Of a DNA stretch of 64,000 nt, positions 1 to 12,554 are shown piece by piece. The first letter of the stretch is position 1. Each line of letters begins with the position of its first letter. This DNA comes from Octopus vulgaris (lineage: Eukaryota): the NCBI GenBank assembly GCA_951406725.2, contig OX597815.1, forward strand, positions 9,548,001-9,612,000, read 5' to 3'. The notes under the pieces are model-generated. The model was not told the DNA's origin. It saw nothing but the letters and a program-made list of their open reading frames with translations, and made no database searches. A program made the position numbers and the translations under genes.

Positions 1-2
1 TA

Positions 3-450
3 CAATGTACATGCTTTGTTTATTCACTGCGCTGTTGCACTTAAAAGACGACCCCCTCAGAATGTTGGATGTTAAAACACTTAAAAGTCATAGACAGGCG
101 AGACAACTCGCCACCGATCGAATTCAGGAGAGATGGATATCGATATTTCGCCATTTTTGTGGCTAACCAATATCACGTGCTCGAATCAAAACGGGGACGA
201 GCTATTTGCTCGTATACCACGGTGATGCACACAAAATTGAATGACTTATATATGGTCATAGAGTGGCGATTCGAATCGTCCTAGGTTCGATTCGGGTACG
301 TGATATTGATAAGGCACAATAATGGCGAAATGTCGATATCCTTCTCTCCTGAATTCGATCGGAAGCGAGTTGTCTCGCCTGTCTATGACTTGCAAGTGTT
401 TTAACACCCTAAGCGCAATAGCGCAGCGAACAAACAAATCACATACATTA
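3..450. mobile_element. fold-back / MITE-like element with long imperfect inverted arms
   Basis: ~69-192 is an imperfect reverse complement of ~285-406 (both strands give near-identical translations), and ~3-42 pairs with ~410-450. Confidence 0.6.
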
Positions 451-466
451 TGTGCGGTTCATGATA

Positions 467-760
<294 letters not shown>

Positions 761-809
761 AGGAGAGAGAAAAAAGGAGTGAAAAAAGGAGAGCAAAAAG
801 GAGAGAAAA

Positions 810-1128
810 ACACACACAAACATATGCACACGCACTCGTACTTTTCATCAATACACAGCTTTTTGTTGCTAATAAAGTTCTCAGTATTTTATACGACGAT
901 TATTAATATTCGCATGAAACCATTGGTATCTTATTAACAGCGCACGCACACACACACACACACACACACACATTCTTTTAATAATAGAGTGCTGTTAATA
1001 AGATACCAACGGTTTCATGCGAATATTAATAATCGCCATATAAAATATTGAGAACTTTATTAGCAACAAAAAGCAACAAAAAGGTGTGTATTGATGAAAA
1101 GTACGAGTGCGTGTGCATGTGTTTGTGT
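810..1128. repeat. inverted repeat, ~130-bp arms around a (CA)n spacer
   Basis: cacgcactcgtacttttcatcaatacac...ttattaacagc versus gctgttaataag...gtgtattgatgaaaagtacgagtgcgtg. Confidence 0.85.
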
Positions 1129-1777
1129 ACATGTGTGTGTGTGTGTGTGTCTGTTTCTGTTGTGTGTGTAGCGAGTGATATCGGAGAGTACGGGAGGGAC
1201 CAATGGAAAAATCTTAAGGCACTTCCATACTCCTCACCTCCACTCGCTAAACACACACATACACGTGCACGCGCGTGCGTGTGTATACATGCACAAACAC
1301 ACACAGGTCGACGCATGCTTCTCCATAATGCACTGTATACCCTATCACAAATTAATAATATTGAAATTACATAGGAACCACCTAGCGAACGCACTCCATA
1401 ACCGTTATGTCACGCTATAAAAACAATAGCCAATTACAGAACTGGAGAGCCCACCCACAACCAAAGGATACAGCAAATGCAAACGCGAAAATAGAACTGT
1501 ATCAATTTGCAAACACACATACCTAGATACGCACCGAAGAGGAAATAAATAGACAGGCCAGGTGAAATATACACACAGTACCCTTATGAGAGTGTGTGTG
1601 CGTGCGTGCGTACGTGTGTGTGTGTATATATGCAATTACTCGCACGCATTATTTAAGCACTCGCAACTTCCTAGCGCGCATGCGTACAAATATTTTAATG
1701 TGTAGCGTCCATATTTCACCTGTCACACGTTCACGCTGCTCTATCGACATCAATATGCATGTGCGTATATACATAGG

Positions 1778-2329
1778 TGTACATACATACATACATACAT
1801 ACATGCATACATACATACATACATACATACATACATACATACATACATACATACATACATACATGCATACATACATGCATGCATACATACATGCATACAT
1901 ACATACATACATGCATACATGCATGCATACATACATACATACACACACACACACATACATACATACATACATACATGCATACATACATACATACATACAT
2001 ACATACATACATACATACATACATACATACATACATACGGGCCCTGGGATATGTAACATACTGCCTAAATACCAATCTTGAGAAATTAGGCTTCTCGAAC
2101 CCAGAAAGGAGAAAGCTAATTTGAAGACTACAGATGCACTCCATCACTGGAACTGTAAAAATCTGTAAAACTTTCCAGAAGTTTATCATTTAAATATATA
2201 TCAGCGTGTCTAGATATGCAAATATATGCATGAGAATGCGTACATAAAGCAAAACATACAAATCTGCACATATACATACATACATACACACATACATACA
2301 TACATACATACATACATACATACATACAT

Positions 2330-2388
<59 letters not shown>

Positions 2389-2457
2389 TACATACACACA
2401 TACATTCATACATACATACATGCATACATACATGCATACATACATACATACATACAT

Positions 2458-2490
<33 letters not shown>

Positions 2491-2559
2491 TACATACATA
2501 CATACATACATACATACATACATGCATGCATACATACATACATACATACATACATACAT

Positions 2560-2590
<31 letters not shown>

Positions 2591-2603
2591 TACATACATA
2601 CAT

Positions 2604-2634
<31 letters not shown>

Positions 2635-2830
2635 TACATACATACATACATACACACACACATACATACATACATACATACATACACACATACATACATA
2701 CATACATACATACATACATACATACATACATACATACATACATACATACATACATACATTCATACATACATACATACATACATACATACATACATACATA
2801 CATACATACATACATACATGCATACATACA
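1778..2830. repeat. (CATA)n arrays (1778-2038 and 2270-2830)
   Basis: Tetranucleotide arrays with CA and CATG variants; source of the HTYI/MYVC ORFs. Confidence 0.97.
2039..2270 (+). mobile_element. 3' end fragment of an RLE-type (R4/Dong-like) non-LTR retrotransposon
   Basis: GALGYVTYCLNTNLEKLGFSNPERRKLI*RLQMHSITGTVKICKTF fits the post-endonuclease GALG...LQ...GT..I motif; internal stop. Confidence 0.5.
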
Positions 2831-3729
2831 TGATGGCCGTCCATTTGTGACCGAGGAAGACCATTGCCGACCTCCAGGAACATTGTGCGCTCTAGGACTA
2901 ACTTATATTTTGCATTTGCGGCTCCGTTGGTGGCTAATGAGCCCCGCTCTTGACAAGCATACACGACTGCAAACATTGTAGACCAAGCTTTCCCCATTCA
3001 CTACACGAGCCGTGCGCTTTCGCGCAGCTCGCCTAAGTTCTTCATGCTGGATACGTGCTCTCTCAAAAGTGTCGATCCCCTCCTTAACCTGCTTCCTCCA
3101 TCTGTGGCGATGACAGGCATTGTTCTCCCAGTCAGTGTCCTGCATATCAAAGGCCTTTAACGAGGACTTGACACAGTCCTTAAATCACAGCCTTGGTTTC
3201 TGCCGGGGTCTCCTTCACACACAAGTTCCCCATATAGCATCAGCTTAGGAATCCTTCTATCCTCCATTCTAATAAGGTGTCCAGTCCAACGCAACCGGTG
3301 CTTGTGTACCATCGCCTCAATACTCAAGATATCAGCTGTCCTCAGGATCTGTGTGTCTGGAATTTTTGAGGTCCAGCCAACATTGAGAATGTGTCTGAGA
3401 CATCTCTGATGAAAACGTTCAAGGACCCTTACCTGACGTTTGTACAGAGTCCATGTCTCACATGAGTAGAGAAGCGATGTCAGTACACAAGTACGGTACA
3501 CAGCAACTTTTGTTCTCCTTGCGATGCCATGTTGGGACCAGACACGAGACTGAAGAGACCGGAAGGAATTAGTTACTCTCTGCAATCTGAAAGATATTTC
3601 CTCATCCAGGGAGCAAGAACGGCTGAGTGTGCTGCCCAGGTAGACAAACTTGTCTACTACCTTCAGAATTGTTCCTTCAACCAAGATAGCTGGTTCTATA
3701 TATGGATTTCCTGGTGCAGGCTGGAACAT
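2831..3729 (-). mobile_element. 5'-truncated RTE (BovB-like) LINE, ORF2 C-terminus plus 3' UTR
   Basis: VDKFVYLGSTLS...TKVAVYRTCVLTSLLYSCETWTLY...FHQRCLRHIL...RLRWTGHLIRMEDRRIPK; frameshifted; ends gccatc followed by a (ATGT)n tail. Confidence 0.92.
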
Positions 3730-4350
3730 TACAAAATGGCCATTGCACGAAGCTTAACTGTTATTGGTGCTGTGATCGAATGTGACTTTTTAGCCCAGCT
3801 AAAGATCTACAATGTCTTGTACAGAACTGGCAGCTAAAACCTTTACCGGTAATAGCCGGCTGTAGTTGTAACTGGGCTTCGTGTACCTTTGTATGTCGTT
3901 TAAGTCCTCCTGCCGAATTTCACTCTCTTCCACATGCCCGACAGATATGATTAGTATGGTGTGTAACTCCACCACCAGTGGCCAGGTTGTCACTCATCTG
4001 TCTCGTTTAATGACTACCGAGATGGCTCTTGAGTCCAGCTTTACTGAGGCAGGGTCTTGCACAGACATTGCATGTCAGCATCATAGGAAGACCCTTCTTA
4101 TCTGGAAGTGTAACAGCGATGCCCTTCCTCACATCCCTCCTTACTTTCTCATGTGCAACTCGAGATTTCTCAAAAGTGGCTGTCCCCTCGTGCACAATCC
4201 TTCTCCACCTGCTACGATCTATAGCTATGCCTTCCCATGTGTCAGGAGAGATGCAAGCATCTCTTAAGGAAGCCTTCAGCAAGTTCTTATACTTCTTTTT
4301 TGGTTTATGTGGAAGTCGTTCTCCTTTAGCTAACTCTCCGTAAAAGAGTT
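3730..4350 (-). mobile_element. RTE-type LINE 3' fragment with three C-terminal C2H2 zinc fingers
   Basis: GELAKG...WEGIAIDRSRWRR, then CNVCARPCLSKAGLKSHLGSH, CRACGR..SAGGLKRHTKVH, CQFCTRHCRSLAGLKSHIRSQH; internal stops. Confidence 0.82.
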
Positions 4351-4376
4351 CTTTTGTAATATTCCAATGGGTCTAA

Positions 4377-4590
4377 GGCAGCGAGCTAGCAGAAATGTTA
4401 GCACGCCAGGTGAAATGTTTAACAGTGTTTCGTCTGTCTTTACGTTCTAAGTTCAAATTCCGCTGAAGTCGACTTTGCCTTTCATTCTTTCAGGATCAAT
4501 AAATTAAGTACCAGTTACGTACTGGGGCCAATCTAATCAACTGGCCCCTCCCCAAAAGTTTTGGGCCTTGTGCCTAGAGTAGAAAAGAAT
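4377..4590 (+). mobile_element. tRNA-derived SINE family C (Meta-domain-like)
   Basis: ggcagcgagctagcagaa...gttcaaattcc (A/B boxes) plus gactttgcctttcat...aattaagtaccagtt. Confidence 0.75.
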
Positions 4591-4815
4591 ATTCCAACGA
4601 GTCTGTAAAATTGGTTTGTCAGCAGATAATTTAGACAGTCTGACTGAAATATTTTTGACCAAGTTTTTAATAATGATTTTTTGAGTGATTGATAATTTAT
4701 GTATACAGCTTAAAGTTTCATTTGTTTTGCAATATGCCTGATATATAAAGAGTTATTCAAGACTTAATAACATTACGTATATAATTCGTCTATATAGTCT
4801 ACATTTTATATTATA

Positions 4816-5187
4816 CTAGCAGTATCGCCCGGCGTTGCTCAGGTTTGTAAGGGAAATAACTATAAAGCATTTTTAGAGAGTTATAGCCAAAAAATGGAAA
4901 AAGATGATGGTAAATTTTTTTTGAGAGTAAAAAAGGTGGAGTTGCGTCCCCTAGACAGTTTGCGGTTTGTGTTTCTGATTCTCAACCCCATGTCGAATTT
5001 ATCGATTTTTTTCAGAACTGGGGGAACTTTTCAAAATTTTCGCTGCGTTAGTTTTGAATTATGACATTGGGCTATGTGTGTGTCAAGTTTCATCAGAATC
5101 GGTTGAAAGCCGTGGTCAGGGTGAAGGTACAAGCAAACAGACACACAGAAACACGCACAGACAAACTGCCGTTTATATAGAGAGAGA
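4816..5187 (-). mobile_element. non-autonomous Helitron (variant internal sequence)
   Basis: Minus strand: A|TC start, subterminal hairpin (cctgagcaacgccggg), CTAG|T end, no TSD. Confidence 0.72.
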
Positions 5188-5309
5188 TACATAAACATCT
5201 ACAATTTGCTTGAAACACATTTTATCATTCGTAAACCTTTCATATTTATCTACGATTACCGTTCCATATGTTTATGTGAGTGCACAAGTCTGCATGTGAA
5301 TTTGTATAA

Positions 5310-5608
5310 AGGAAATCGAAATCGATATCGAAATCAAATTCGATGACTGGCATCCGTGCTAGTGGAGCGCTAAGAGTACCATATGAGTGAGATCGTTGCC
5401 AGAGCAACAAGCTGGCCTCCGTGCCGGTGGCACATAAAAAAACACCATTCGAGCATGATCATTACCTGCATCACCTTACTGGCACTTGTGCTGGTGACAC
5501 GTGAAAAAAATACATTCGAGCGAGGTCGTTGCCAGTGCCTCTGGACTGGCTCCTGTGCAGGTGGCACATAAAAAACACCATTTGAGCGTGGCCACTGCCA
5601 GTACCACA
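5310..5608 (+). mobile_element. SINE-like family B, 5'/internal repeat part
   Basis: Repeated gtgccggtggcac(a/g)taaaaa...cacc units. Confidence 0.7.
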
Positions 5609-5774
5609 AGAACTTTTCCTTGAACTATGAAATAGAAAATTTGGTTTAATTGATCCTCGTATTTGACTCTTACGTATTTTACCAACCTCGAATGAGTTTT
5701 GAATTCAGACTATAAAAGGACATTACACACTACATTGTGTTTTGAGTCTTACTCATTCGTACACTACCCTCCCT

Positions 5775-5775
5775 T

Positions 5776-5855
<80 letters not shown>
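5775..5855. repeat. (CT)n microsatellite
   Basis: Direct observation. Confidence 0.97.
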
Positions 5856-5859
<4 letters not shown>

Positions 5860-5968
5860 ATTACATTGCCTCTTGTGTTTAAATCAATATGAAGATCACT
5901 TTTCCTGTTTTTTTCTCCTTTATCATTTTCCTTCCCTTTTCTTTTTTGTTTGTTTTCATTTTCTTTAG

Positions 5969-6148
5969 GAACTTTGCATTGACCATTCTGCTTCTTCGAA
6001 CTGGTTTCAAGATAATATCACTTCGGGGAGGTTCAAGCAATATCTTCTATCGCCTGCATTTATTGCCATTTGCAGTTGAACTTTTCACCTCTGCCTGTAT
6101 GTACAGATTCATTACGAAATTACCTTGGGCATGGAGTATATCTTTAGG
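5969..6148 (+). CDS. SLC9B2: NHA/SLC9B-like Na+/H+ antiporter homolog, internal exon A
   Basis: ttttctttag acceptor, gtaagt donor. Translates (R)NFALTILLLRTGFKIISLRGGSSNIFYRLHLLPFAVELFTSACMYRFITKLPWAWSISL(G), resembling SLC9B RSIALSIILVRAGL...GPCIVEA...LPWQWGFILG. Phase 2 in, phase 2 out. Symbol is family-level; orthology not established. Confidence 0.88.
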
Positions 6149-6399
6149 GTAAGTTTTATCTTCTGTATTGTCGATGTATTATTTGTCTTGGCTTTAAACA
6201 TATGAATGTCCAGCACACCTAAAAAGCACAGAAAACAAACACAGACACTAAAATTAAGCATACTCAAAAACACACAAAACAAAAACCTCACACAAACCTC
6301 ACAAAGATTTACTCAAACAACAAATATGAATAGAATTGTATTAGTCAACATTTACCATCTTGTTGAGGTGTGAATATAGCTTTTTTCTTCTTTTTTTTC

Positions 6400-6803
6400 T
6401 CCTTTTTACTTGTTTCAGTCATTTGACTGCGGCCATGCTGGAGCACCGCCTCTTAGTGGAGTAAATCGACCCCGGGACTTATTCTTTTGTAAGCCCAGTA
6501 CTTATTCTATCGGTCTCTTTTGCCGAACCGCTAAGTGACGGTGACGTAAACACATCAGCATCGGTTGTCGAGCAATGCTAAGGGGACAAACACAGACACA
6601 CAACACACATACATACACATATATATATATACATATATACGACAGGCTTCTTTCGGTTTCCGTCTACCATATCCACTCACAAGGCTTTGGTCGGCCCGGG
6701 GCTATAGCAGAAGACACTTGCCCAAGATGCCACGCAGTGGGACTGAACCCGGAACCATGTGGTTGGTTAACAAGCTACTTACCACACAGCCACTCCTGCG
6801 CCT
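6400..6803 (-). mobile_element. tRNA-derived CORE-type SINE family A (octopus OR-like)
   Basis: Reverse complement of ggcgcaggagtggctgtgtggtaag...gggttcagtccc...cttgggcaagtgtctt...gactgaaacaagtaaaa. Confidence 0.85.
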
Positions 6804-6844
6804 GTCTATGATATCCCTATGATGGTTTCTATGAGATAATCTAT

Positions 6845-7137
6845 TGGTGTTAGGAAGGGCATCCAGCTGTAGAAACTCTGCCAGATCAAGATTGGAGCCT
6901 GGTGCAGCCATTTGGTTCGCCAGCCCTCAGTCAAAATCGTCCAACCCATGCTAGCATGGAAAGCGGACGTTAATCGATGATGATGAGGAGGAGGATGAAT
7001 CTATAAGATCCTCTTCCCTATTTCAACCAGATTTTTAATGAAATGTACTGGCTTTGTACTGCTATTAATATTGAAAATAATTAAGAATTCAGTTTTTGAA
7101 GAATGAACAAAAGGGTCTGAAATAAAATTAAGATGGG

Positions 7138-7169
<32 letters not shown>

Positions 7170-7472
7170 TTAACATCCGCTTTCCATGCTAGCATGGGTT
7201 GGACGATTTTGACTGAAGGCTTGCAAACCAGATGGCTGCACCAGGCTCCAATCTTGATCTGGCAGAGTTTCTACAGCTGGATGCCTTTCCTAACGCCAAA
7301 CACTCTGAGAGTGTAGTGGGTGCTTTTATGTGTCACTGGCACAGGTGCCAGTCAGGCAGCACTGGCGACCACCTCACTCGAATCTTTTACACATGCCACC
7401 GGTGCAGGTGCCAGTAAGGCGATGCTGGTAGCGATCCCGCTCGAATGGTGTTTTTTACGTGCCACCAGCACA
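6845..7472. mobile_element. two family B copies in inverted orientation (6845-6985 +, 7140-7472 -)
   Basis: Shared gaagggcatccagctgtagaaac...aacccatgctagcatggaaagcggacgttaa with (GAT)n tails. Confidence 0.8.
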
Positions 7473-7789
7473 GACACTTTAAAATAAAAAGTTTTGCTTC
7501 AAAGAATCACAGGTAGTCTCAGGTTGGCAGCAAAAGGTTAATTTACAGAGGTCTTGATTTAGTTTAAGATAGTCTTTTCCAGGATCAATAAAATAAGTAA
7601 CAGTCATGTTCTGAGGCTGATACCGTAGTCATCATATCAAATAGTTTCATTAAGACATTATCTTTTCCATACATACAGAAAGATGATGTATTCTAGGCAA
7701 AATCTCTTTTACAACTTACAAGTAAAAATCTTATTCACCTCAATGTCTGTCTCCTCAAGAACAACGGGTCACTCTACGATGCTGTGCTA

Positions 7790-8194
7790 ACCTTGGATCG
7801 TAGAGTGACCCGCTGTTCTTGAGGAGACCTATTGAGTTAAGTACATCAACATCAAAATAAAAATTCCAAATGGAAATTGTAGTTAAGACATCTGTGCTGG
7901 TGACACGTAAAAAGCACCATCCGAACGTGGCAGATGCCAGCGCCGCCTGTCTGGCGTCCGTGTCGGTGACATGTAAAAGCACCAACCGATCGTGGCCATT
8001 TGCCAGCCTGCTCTGGCCCCTGTGCCGGTGGCACATAAAAAGCACCCACTACACTCACAGAGTGGTTGGCGTTAAGAAGGGCATCCAGCTGTAGAAACAC
8101 TGCCAGATCAGACTGGAGCCCTGGTGCAGCCTCCTGGCTTCCCTGACCCTAGTCGAACCATCCAACCCATGCTAGCATGGAAAACGGACGTTAA

Positions 8195-8263
<69 letters not shown>
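7790..8263 (+). mobile_element. family B element with long (GAT)n tail
   Basis: Same core and 3' end as other copies. Confidence 0.8.
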
Positions 8264-8264
<1 letters not shown>

Positions 8265-8551
8265 GCAGGTCATAGGAATAGGTTACTTTTGAGTTAAATA
8301 TCTCACCAAAAGATTATACAGTGAGCAAGTTCTAATGACTATAGTAGCTCAGCTTATTCACTGGTTAGCATATAATTTCTGCCAACTATGCAATACAATT
8401 AGTGTTGGCATAGAAGCTATTGTTCCTATAGAGACTAGGTTATAAAATGTCTGGAGGAATTTCATGTAACTGCTGTCTCTGTTTGCAACAAATAATTGTT
8501 GCTCATTCAAAACACAAAATATTAAATATCTCTTTTAAAAATATAAAGTTA

Positions 8552-8933
8552 CTAGCAGTATAGCCCGGCGTTGCTCAGGCTTGTTTTCTTTTCGACCCTT
8601 TAGAATTGGAATTTATGAAAAGTAAAAATTTTGTATTATGTAGCTTGTTATTGTCTTTAAGTGAACATTTTTCTGGTTGAAATACACCAAAAAATGGCAA
8701 CACAGCAGTCAAAAAATTGTAAAAAATAGGGATTTCCATAGAAAAAAAGCACCTTTTTGATGTAAATAATTTTTGGTGTTAACATGGTCCGATTTGAAAG
8801 GAAGAGCAAGCTTTCTTCTATCATACTCTCAATTTTGGTCAACTTGCATCGCAGGGTCTCGGAGGAGATAGTGTTAGTTGAAGGCTACCAAACCTGCCAC
8901 ACACAGACAACTTCAGCTTTATATATAGAGAGA
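8552..8933 (-). mobile_element. non-autonomous Helitron
   Basis: TC...hairpin...CTAG termini inserted between A and T; same family as 26633-27024 and 41092-41484. Confidence 0.78.
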
Positions 8934-9264
8934 TATAGTGAGTGGTTAAGAGAAGCAATTAAACGTATTAATGGTGTACGCCAGTGAAGAAAGAGAAGTT
9001 GTAATGACTAGAGAGACTGAACTGAATGCTGTATATATCAGTGTTTTGATGTGTATATGGAGGTAGAAAATCTTCAGTGGCTGGGGAGATTGTTTGTGTC
9101 AGCAGGATGATGTTGCATGGCAATGAATGAGGTAGACCCCCTAACTACTGGTGAGACTATGGTACATGCGTCAGCCGTGATGTTGTATAATAGCAAAGAA
9201 AGGACCTGCAGTGAAGTGGAGAGGCTGTACTGTGTGTTAGCGATGGTGTATGACAGTGGAGGTT

Positions 9265-9668
9265 GGAGTGGCTGTGTGGTAAGTAGTTTGCTTACCAACC
9301 ACATGGTTCCGGGTTCAATCCCACTGCGTGGCACCTTGGGCAAGTGTCTTCTACTATAGCTTTGGGCCAACCAAAGCCTTGTGAGTGGATTTGGTAGACG
9401 GAAACTGAAAGAAGCCCGTCGTGTATATGTATATATATATATATATGTAGGTGTGTGTGTATATGTATGTCACCCCAACATTGCTTGACAACCGATGCTA
9501 GTGTGTTTACGTCCCTGTAACTTAGCGGTTCAGCAAAAAGAACTGATAGAATAAGTACTAGGCTTACAAAGAATAAGTCCTGGGGTCGATTTGGTCGACT
9601 AAAGGCGGTGCTCCAGCAGGGCCACAGTCAAATGACTGAAACAAGTAAAAGAGTAAAAAGAGTAAAGA
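9265..9668 (+). mobile_element. SINE family A
   Basis: tRNA head, CORE-like motif, (GTAAAAGA)n tail. Confidence 0.85.
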
Positions 9669-9924
9669 GCAATATGTAGTGACTGGAAAGACAGTACAGT
9701 GTATGGATCAGTGGAAAGATATTCTATATCTATGAAATTGGGGAACATATTGTGATTGGAAAAACTAAGTGATGTACGTATAAGCAGTATGGTGTACGGC
9801 AGTGACAGTAGAGGACATGCAATGACTGTATGATGAATGTCTCAGTGAAGCAATTGTTGTATAACTGGAAAGGCTTTGTGATTTATTTGTCCATGGTTTT
9901 TTGTTAAGGCAAAAATATAGAAAT

Positions 9925-10210
9925 CGTGGCCGCTGCCAGCCACCTCTGGCACCTGTGCTGCTGGTGGCACATAAAAAGCACCATCTGTATGTGGTCAATG
10001 CCAGCACCACCTTGACTGGCTTCTGTGCCGGTGGCACGTAAAAAGCACCCGCTGCACTCATGGAGTGGTTGGCGTAAGGAAGGGCATCCAGCTGTAGAAA
10101 CACTGGCAGATCAGACTGGAGCCTGGTGCAGCCTCCTGGCTTCCCAGACCCCGGTCAAACCGTCATACCCATGCTAGCATGGAAAATGGATGTTAAACGA
10201 TGATGATGAT
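9925..10210 (+). mobile_element. family B element
   Basis: Core plus (GAT)n tail. Confidence 0.8.
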
Positions 10211-10722
10211 GTGTAATAGAATAATATGAATATGGTTCTTTTGTTGTTTAGAATAATCTTAAGTTAGAAATTATGTGAAAACGAGCTGAGAAAGCAGTAG
10301 AATAAGAGAATGTCAGTTGAAGTGTACAAGGCAGATGATCCTACTTGTAATGACAACCGGGTGGATAAGAGAACAGATGGTACCCTGGAGACTAAGAGAT
10401 ATAAGGATGAGTGAGATAATATAATTGAAAATGAGGTCTGTTTCTATAAGTTGTAATATCTCGTAGTTTTGTGTTTAAATCATAATGAGGGAGAGGTTGA
10501 ATAAGACATGTTATAAATTGGAGTTTATTCAGTTGACTGACCGATTCCTTCTGGAAAAATAATCTTTTTCAAATGAAAATAAACAGAGAAATGACTACCA
10601 ACCTTAATGGCTTGGTAAACTGAGATTTGGTGCCAAGGTTTATGGCTTTGGCTGAACAGGAATTCAAACGTAGAATGTAAAGATAAAACTCCCTAAGAAA
10701 GAAGAACGTTGGTCTAAAAACA

Positions 10723-10728
<6 letters not shown>

Positions 10729-10793
<65 letters not shown>
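10729..10793. repeat. (AG)n microsatellite
   Basis: Direct observation. Confidence 0.97.
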
Positions 10794-10795
<2 letters not shown>

Positions 10796-11582
10796 CAGGA
10801 AAGAGAGGGAGAGAGAGAATGGAATGGATAAACAGTAAAACTAGATACAAACAGAGAAATGGAATAATAATAGAACTGAAGATTCCCAGAGCACATTAAG
10901 AATTTTATCTTACTGGATGTTATTCAATCAACGACGCCTTTAGAAACTGGTATTGGACAAAATTATCGAAAGACAGGAAATTAGAAATGATTATTGAACT
11001 GTTATTTTTCTTGTTCCATAATTCATGTTTATTAGTTTGTGACATTCAAATCACACTTGATCTGCTAGGAACGTCTTCAATTAATTCTTGTCGCCAAACC
11101 TACAAACATGTGAAATTATGAAATATTCATATCTGCTGCAGCAATGGCAAGTCTTGGACTTCCTCAAAGACAGACCGTTCCTTAGTTGTAATTCTCAAGT
11201 ACTTAGAAATGATGGTATGGAGATGGAAAGTAAAGCAGTGGTGGTGGGGGGTGGGCTGGGATGGATTGTAAACTGTTGATTTAACTTGTAATGGATGTTG
11301 TATGTATATAAAAGATTAGCGCTGGGAAGAGTGTTAAGGTAGTAGTTAAAGTAGATTGGAGTGGATGATGGTGGTTGGGCATGGAAGGAGTTGGGTAGAC
11401 AATGGTGGAGTGTTGAGGTGGTTGCAGAAAATGGTTGTTGTTGTTGTTGTTTGTTGCTTAGCTCCAGGTCAGGCTTTAACAAGCAGTTGTATGATCAAGA
11501 ACATTCCAGCCATGACCTTCCTGTGTTTTGCCAATTTGCAACGAAGCCACAAAAAAAAAAAATAGATAAATTCTCATTTATT

Positions 11583-11801
11583 CTCTTTTACTCTTTTACT
11601 TGTTTCAGTCATTTGACTGCAGCCATGCTGGAGCACTGCCTTTAATCGAGCAACTCGACCCCGGGACTTATTCTTTTGTAAGCCCAGTACTTATTCTATT
11701 GGTCTCTTTTGCCGAACCGCTAAGTGACAGGGACATAAACACACCAGCATCGGTTGACAAGCAATGCTAGGCGGACAAACACAGACACACAAACATACAC
11801 G

Positions 11802-11833
<32 letters not shown>

Positions 11834-11978
11834 CGACAGGCTTCTTTCAGTTTCCGTCTACCAAATCCACTCACAAGGCTTTGGTCGGCCCGAGGCTATA
11901 GTAGAAGACACTTGCCCAAGGTGCCACGCTGTGGGACTGAACCTGGAACCATGTGGTTGGTAAACAAGCTACTTACCA
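11583..11978 (-). mobile_element. SINE family A
   Basis: As other copies. Confidence 0.85.
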
Positions 11979-12189
11979 CGGGTGCTATTTTTAGCTAGTT
12001 GGATGAACACAAAGGTTGGAGGTAGCAGGTAGTATATTAGAAGTGGGTTCTTGTCAAGAAGGTAATAAGGATTAAGCTTTATGTATAAAAGAAAGAACAA
12101 GTTATGAAAGAGAAGTTATAAAGTGCTATAAACCTATCCTACCCATTACAAATAGAAAATGTTTAAAAATTACAAAATAACCAGCTACT

Positions 12190-12378
12190 GGTCTTGCTGG
12201 TACCTTGAGACGACTTTGAAATCTCCTGCAACTCTTCAGGGCTGTCTCCTTGTTGGCGAATGTTGCCATAATTCTTGAATTCTTGCTTTCAGTTCATCTT
12301 TGGTGTTACAATGAGTTTTGTTGGATTCTCGCTCAACTGTGCCCTACACATTATAATCAAGGGGGTTGCAGTCTGACA
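12190..12378 (-). mobile_element. Tc1/mariner-superfamily transposase C-terminal remnant
   Basis: Minus strand DCNPLDYNV*GTVERESNKTHCNTKDELKARI...SCRRFQSRL resembles the SPDLNPLDY.VWG...L...I...CR.F..RL region. Confidence 0.6.
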
Positions 12379-12504
12379 GAGTGAATTAAATCATGGTGCT
12401 GTTTTACTCACAGATGGTGCCCAACTGACCCTACTATACTGTGTAGTCAAGCAAAATCAAAAGCAAAAACAATGTGCATGCGGGAAATTAAAAATATAAA
12501 ATGG

Positions 12505-12549
<45 letters not shown>

Positions 12550-12554
<5 letters not shown>

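Noticed and set aside
1130-5968. N-terminal exons of the SLC9B-like gene (LP.LLGML-type motif)
   Set aside because: Searched by eye and not found; probably upstream of the window or too diverged to recognise.
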